Shown in pieces: positions 59,678 through 64,000 of a stretch of 64,000 bases of DNA; position 1 is the stretch's first letter, and each line of letters starts with the position of its first letter. The stretch is taken from the IMG/VR virus record IMGVR_UViG_3300021962_000058, positions 27,150-91,149 of that record; one strand, 5' to 3'. The position numbers and the translations under genes were made by a program. The notes beneath the pieces were generated by a model that saw nothing but the letters and a program-made list of their open reading frames with translations, ran no database searches and had not been told where the DNA came from. The DNA comes from a virus.

Positions 59678-61822
59678 ATGACTGTCCGCCACGAAATCAA
59701 GTCCCAACTTGCCAAACTGCTTGCCACTGAGGATCTTGTTGTTGAGCATAAGAAGGTGGAGACTGCTTGCTTCAACGTTCATACTCGTGTTCTGACTCTG
59801 CCTCTATGGGAACGTGCAAGTGGAACTGTTTATGATCTGCTGGTGGGTCATGAAGTCGGACACGCTCTCTATACACCTGACGAGAATTGGTTGAAGGAAC
59901 ACAAGATTCCACCACAGTTTGTGAATGTAGTGGAGGATGCTCGTATTGAGAAACTAATGAAGCGTCGTTATGCTGGTCTTGCTAAGACTTTCTATAACGG
60001 ATACAAAGAACTTGCCGATGAGGATTTCTTCCAAATCAAAGATGATAATCTAGAAACTTATAATCTTGCCGACCGTGCAAACCTCTGGTTCAAGGTTGGT
60101 AACTATGTGGATGTGCCCATTGAGCGTGGTGAAGAGACTGAAATCATCAACCTGATTGCGGAAACTGAAACCTTCGCTGATGTTCTAATTGCCGCAGAGG
60201 TACTTTATAATTATTGCAAACACAAGCAAGAAGAAGAAACCAAGACTCCGATGGACAATCTGGAATCTCAGGATTCTGGTGCAAGTCAACAACCTGCTTC
60301 TGATTTTTCAGATCAGCAAGAGGGTGAGAATGACCAACCTCAGGGAGATACTTCTGAATCTCCTGCTTCTAGTGAAACTAATCAAGAGAAGAAACCTACT
60401 TCTCAGAGTTCTGAAAAGGATGAAGAACCCGAAGTCAAGACGATGGATAATCTTGAAGAGGCACTTAAAGATCTAGTCAATAATGACGGTTATGAGAATG
60501 TTTATCTTGAACTTCCTCAGGTTGATCTGAATAAGATTATTGTTCCTAATGCAGAGATTCACGAAAAGTGTTTTTCGGAGTGGAACAACTATCTTGAAAG
60601 GAACGAATATTCTGAAAATGATATTTTTGGTGAGGTTGATAAGAAGTTTGCGGAGTTCAAGCGTTCTGCTCAAAAAGAGGTCAACTATCTAGTGAAAGAG
60701 TTTGAGTGTCGCAAGGCAGCAGATTCTTATGCTCGTGCTACAACTGCTCGTACTGGTGTTCTTGACTGCTCTAAACTTCATACCTATAAGTACAACGAAG
60801 ATATTTTTCGTAAAGTAACTACACTTGCCGATGGTAAAAATCACGGTCTAGTGTTTGTATTGGACTGGTCTGGTTCAATGGGTGATGTAATGGTGGATAC
60901 TGTCAAGCAACTTTTCAATCTTGTTTGGTTCTGCAAAAAAGTTTCTATTCCTTTTGAAGTCTATGCTTTCACTACTGACTATCCTCTTGTGAAGTATGAT
61001 GATGATGGTAAAGCAACCCTCCGTGATCTCTCCTATAAAAAGCGTGATGGTCTTATTCAAGTTGGGGAGTGGTTTTCTATGATGAATCTGATTACCAGTA
61101 AAGTGAATGGTAAGAATTTGGATATTCAAATGAAAAATATTTTTCGCCTTGCAGCATCATTCCGATATAATTCTTATGCACGTTATTCTGCTCCTCTTGG
61201 GATGAGTCTTTCTGGTACTCCTTTGAATGAGGCAATGATTTCTCTTCATCAGATTCTTCCAAAGTTTCAGAGTGAAAACAAACTTCAAAAAGTTCAGTGT
61301 GTTGTATTGAGTGATGGTGAAGGATCTATGCTCAAATATCATCGTGAGGTTCAGCGTCGCTGGGAGGAAGAACCTTTTATGGGCACAGCACATATTGGTC
61401 CTAATGCTTTTATTCGTGATCGTAAGACTGGTATGACCTATTCTTGTGATTGTGATTATCACGAGTTCACTGACATTCTGCTTCGCAATCTTCGGGATAG
61501 GTTTACTGATATTAACTTTATTGGTATTCGTGTTCTTGAATCACGTGATGCTGGTTCTTTTATTCGTCGTTATTGTGGATTCTTTGGACCTGATTATGAA
61601 AAGACAATGAGTTCTTGGAAAAAGGAGAAAGCATTCACGATTAAGAAGTCTGGGTATCACTCTTACTTCGGTCTTTCTGCCAGTGCTCTTGCTCAGGACA
61701 GTGAATTTGATGTACAAGAATCTGCAACCAAAGCACAAATCAAATCTGCTTTTGTGAAAAGTTTGAAATCCAAAAAGATGAACAAAAAAATTCTTGGTGA
61801 GTTTGTCGAGTTGGTTGCCTGA
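59678..61822 (+). CDS. CobT-like protein: N-terminal HEXXH metallopeptidase-like domain, acidic linker, VWA domain
   Basis: HEVGH, NVVEDARIE, acidic linker, MIDAS DWSGSM...GTPL...SDGE; upstream of the AAA+ gene; ATG 59678 preferred over the TTG at 59648. Confidence 0.85.
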   Translation: MTVRHEIKSQLAKLLATEDLVVEHKKVETACFNVHTRVLTLPLWERASGTVYDLLVGHEVGHALYTPDENWLKEHKIPPQFVNVVEDARIEKLMKRRYAGLAKTFYNGYKELADEDFFQIKDDNLETYNLADRANLWFKVGNYVDVPIERGEETEIINLIAETETFADVLIAAEVLYNYCKHKQEEETKTPMDNLESQDSGASQQPASDFSDQQEGENDQPQGDTSESPASSETNQEKKPTSQSSEKDEEPEVKTMDNLEEALKDLVNNDGYENVYLELPQVDLNKIIVPNAEIHEKCFSEWNNYLERNEYSENDIFGEVDKKFAEFKRSAQKEVNYLVKEFECRKAADSYARATTARTGVLDCSKLHTYKYNEDIFRKVTTLADGKNHGLVFVLDWSGSMGDVMVDTVKQLFNLVWFCKKVSIPFEVYAFTTDYPLVKYDDDGKATLRDLSYKKRDGLIQVGEWFSMMNLITSKVNGKNLDIQMKNIFRLAASFRYNSYARYSAPLGMSLSGTPLNEAMISLHQILPKFQSENKLQKVQCVVLSDGEGSMLKYHREVQRRWEEEPFMGTAHIGPNAFIRDRKTGMTYSCDCDYHEFTDILLRNLRDRFTDINFIGIRVLESRDAGSFIRRYCGFFGPDYEKTMSSWKKEKAFTIKKSGYHSYFGLSASALAQDSEFDVQESATKAQIKSAFVKSLKSKKMNKKILGEFVELVA

Positions 61823-61878
61823 TCCAATTTTCAAACTGGCACAGTAGGGGGTTTCTACCCCTCTTTTGCTTGTATAAT
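61819..61878 (+). promoter_or_regulatory. Box + hairpin + TATAAT element, copy 2
   Basis: CAAACTGGCACA box, G-rich/C-rich hairpin with T tract, TATAAT at 61873-61878; same spacing as copy 1. Confidence 0.65.
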
Positions 61879-61910
61879 TACTTTGTTGAAAAAAACAACC
61901 TAACTACATC

Positions 61911-63014
61911 ATGCCTCGCAAGTCTTCTGTGAACGATCAACAACTTATTGAAAGCATCAAAGAACTTTACGGATCTGAAATCACTGCTGGAGATCTGAAA
62001 GGATTTTGTGCTTCTCGTTCTCTGAACTATCAAACTGTAACTCGTCGCCTTGAAAATTATAAAACCTCACGTGGTCGTTGGAATTTGGAAGTGACTCAAC
62101 AACGTGTTGATGAGATTGAGCGTTCTTTCCAAGCACCTGCCGTTCTTCCTGCCGCCGAACAAAATCTTATTCCTGACAAAGATGATACCTTCGTCAAGTT
62201 TGGTAACTTTAATGATATTAAAAAAATTATTCAGTCCCGTATTTTTTATCCTGCATTCATTACGGGTCTTTCGGGTAATGGTAAAACGTTCTCTGTTGAG
62301 CAAGCGTGTTCTCAACTTAACCGTGAACTCATCCGTGTAAACATCACCATCGAAACTGATGAAGATGATCTGATTGGTGGTTTCCGTCTTGTGAATGGCG
62401 AAACTGTGTGGCACAATGGTCCTGTGGTCGAAGCACTTGAACGTGGTGCCGTGTTGCTGCTGGATGAGATTGACCTTGCTTCCAACAAGATCCTGTGCCT
62501 TCAATCTATTCTGGAAGGTAAGGGTGTGTTCCTTAAAAAGATTGGTCGCTTTGTGAAACCTGCTGCTGGTTTCAATGTGATTGCCACCGCCAACACCAAA
62601 GGTAAGGGTTCTGATGATGGACGATTCATCGGCACCAACGTGCTCAATGAGGCATTCCTGGAACGCTTCCCTGTGACCTTTGAGCAGTCCTATCCCGCCC
62701 CTGCAACCGAGCAGAAGATCCTGGAAGGCATCGCTCTGGATCTTGGCGTGGAAGACCGCGACTTCTGCAAGCGCCTGGTGGACTGGGCAGACATCATCCG
62801 CAAGACCTTCTACGATGGTGGTATTGAGGAAATCATCAGCACCCGCCGTCTGGTTCATATCATTCGTGCTTACAGCATTTTCCAAGACAAAGCAAAGGCA
62901 ATCCAAGTTTGTGTGAATCGCTTTGACGACGAAACCAAGCAAGCATTCCTTGAACTCTATGACAAGGTTGATGCTGATTTCCAACTTCCTGTTGACGAAC
63001 AGCAGGCAAACTGA
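61911..63014 (+). CDS. cobS: CobS-like MoxR-family AAA+ ATPase
   Basis: Walker A GLSGNGKT, DLIGG, Walker B LLLDEID, TANTKG, NEAFLERF, ISTRRL. Confidence 0.9.
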   Translation: MPRKSSVNDQQLIESIKELYGSEITAGDLKGFCASRSLNYQTVTRRLENYKTSRGRWNLEVTQQRVDEIERSFQAPAVLPAAEQNLIPDKDDTFVKFGNFNDIKKIIQSRIFYPAFITGLSGNGKTFSVEQACSQLNRELIRVNITIETDEDDLIGGFRLVNGETVWHNGPVVEALERGAVLLLDEIDLASNKILCLQSILEGKGVFLKKIGRFVKPAAGFNVIATANTKGKGSDDGRFIGTNVLNEAFLERFPVTFEQSYPAPATEQKILEGIALDLGVEDRDFCKRLVDWADIIRKTFYDGGIEEIISTRRLVHIIRAYSIFQDKAKAIQVCVNRFDDETKQAFLELYDKVDADFQLPVDEQQAN

Positions 63015-63020
63015 TAGAAT
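62992..63020 (+). promoter_or_regulatory. Sigma70-type promoter for the downstream replication genes
   Basis: TTGACG (62992-62997), 17 bp, TGaTAGAAT with TAGAAT at 63015-63020. Confidence 0.6.
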
Positions 63021-63022
63021 AT

Positions 63023-63047
63023 AAGGAGGTCAATGTGCCTCCTTTTT
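63023..63047 (+). terminator. Terminator-like hairpin after cobS
   Basis: AAGGAGG...CCTCCTT followed by Ts. Confidence 0.55.
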
Positions 63048-63067
63048 ACCCTTTACTATGAAACAAA

Positions 63068-63574
63068 ATGTCAGAAAACTTTGAGAGCACTTACGAAAGT
63101 TCAATCCCTAATCAAGATTTCTGGGAGGAAGATGGTATTAGTTTAACTGGAAATCCTTATGCCTCACCAGATACAATCATCTTTGGATCACGACTTCCTG
63201 GTGGTCTTGGTGAAGATCATCTATCATTGAATATGCCTTCCACTTTTAATTTGAAAATGCCCGAAGATACAAATAAAAACGGTTTCTGGAAATATGAAGA
63301 AGATAAAACTCTGAAAGCAGTAGAAGAATACCTTTCTAGTACTTATCATTCTCATTACACTTCTGAACAATCTAAAACTCAAACTCTTGATTTGATTGAG
63401 AGTATTGGTGATGCAGAAGCATTTACTCGTTCAAATGCTATCAAATATCTCTCGCGCTTTGGTAAGAAGAATGGTAAATCTAAGATGGACATTCTGAAAG
63501 CAATCCACTATTGTGTTCTTCTTTATCACTTTGCTGGTCTGCACAAGAATAATTCCAACAACTATCCTTATTGA
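63068..63574 (+). CDS. Conserved hypothetical protein, DUF3310-like C-terminal domain
   Basis: TY.SHY...QTLDLIE...F.RSNAIKYLSRFGKKNG....DILKAIHY. Confidence 0.75.
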   Translation: MSENFESTYESSIPNQDFWEEDGISLTGNPYASPDTIIFGSRLPGGLGEDHLSLNMPSTFNLKMPEDTNKNGFWKYEEDKTLKAVEEYLSSTYHSHYTSEQSKTQTLDLIESIGDAEAFTRSNAIKYLSRFGKKNGKSKMDILKAIHYCVLLYHFAGLHKNNSNNYPY

Positions 63575-63576
63575 TT

Positions 63577-64000
63577 ATGAAACTCCAAGATAAAACTATG
63601 AAACTTTCTGATAATACTCTTGTTATTCTTAAAAACTTTGCGGGAATCAATAATTCTATTCTTGTGAAAGAGGGTAACAAACTTCGTACTATTTCTGTTG
63701 CAAAGAACATCCTTGCAGAAGCGGATATTACGGAAGAGTTTCCTCGTGACTTTGCCATTTATGATCTGAACCAGTTTCTGAATGGTCTTGGTTTGCACCA
63801 AGATCCTGATCTTGATTTTACTGAGCAGTCTTATCTCAGCATCAAAGAGGGTAAGCGTCGGGTGAAGTATTTCTATGCTGATCCTAATGTGATTATTTCA
63901 CCCCCTGATAAGGAGATTCAACTTCCTTCGGCAGATGTTTGTTTCCAACTGGACAGCACTTCTCTTGAAAAACTTGTCAAGGCAGCAGCAGTGTATCAAC
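63577..64000 (+). CDS. gp45: Sliding clamp gp45 (runs off the window end)
   Basis: Hand translation MKLQDKTMKLSDNTLVILKNFAGINNSILVKEGNKLRTISVAKNILAEA...FAIYDLNQFL; alternative start at 63598. Confidence 0.92.
   Translation, partial: MKLQDKTMKLSDNTLVILKNFAGINNSILVKEGNKLRTISVAKNILAEADITEEFPRDFAIYDLNQFLNGLGLHQDPDLDFTEQSYLSIKEGKRRVKYFYADPNVIISPPDKEIQLPSADVCFQLDSTSLEKLVKAAAVYQ

Noticed and set aside
5934-61834. Many short minus-strand and alternate-frame ORFs inside large genes
   Set aside because: Shadows of long + strand genes, with no independent ribosome-binding sites or motifs.
62067-62984. 305-aa minus-strand ORF
   Set aside because: Antisense shadow of cobS with no recognisable motifs; explained by codon bias.
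1-64000. tRNA/rRNA genes or genetic-code reassignment
   Set aside because: Intergenic gaps are short with no cloverleaf or T-loop signatures seen, and core genes are full-length under the standard code.

Overview
This 64 kb window comes from a T4-like myovirus, most consistent with a cyanophage of the Kyanoviridae type. The evidence is T4-type gp23/gp20/gp17, giant gp7-like and VrlC-like virion proteins in place of gp9-12, the cobS/cobT-like pair, speD, and ATAAATA late promoters. Nearly all credible genes are on the + strand. Gene order: small hypotheticals, a glycosyltransferase-like gene and speD; baseplate (gp25, gp6, 4167-aa gp7-like, gp8, 2607-aa VrlC-like); fibre and neck (gp13, gp14, gp15); packaging (gp16, accessory genes, HNH endonuclease, gp17); tail and head (gp18-gp23); GIY-YIG endonuclease; gp3, uvsY, uvsW, gp55, gp47, gp46; a late-promoter cassette of three paralogous low-complexity proteins; CobT-like/CobS-like pair; and the start of gp45. 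No tRNA, rRNA or CRISPR array was seen. The strongest candidate for an undescribed system is a set of putative capsid-packaged cargo proteins processed by the prohead protease. It includes ORFs with T4-like capsid-targeting leaders (one carrying an RlpA-like domain), a 673-aa polyprotein of small basic Cys-paired modules separated by Glu-ended linkers, and a four-member family sharing an 'EGYA' helical domain. Other notable points: a small basic ORF whose intrinsic terminator precedes its stop codon, a duplicated gp17 start flanking the HNH gene, a repeated box+hairpin+TATAAT promoter, an antisense promoter beside gp55, and a pervasive G-[ILVF]-[GSAT]-[TS] motif in virion proteins. All calls come from reading the sequence; no database searches were run.
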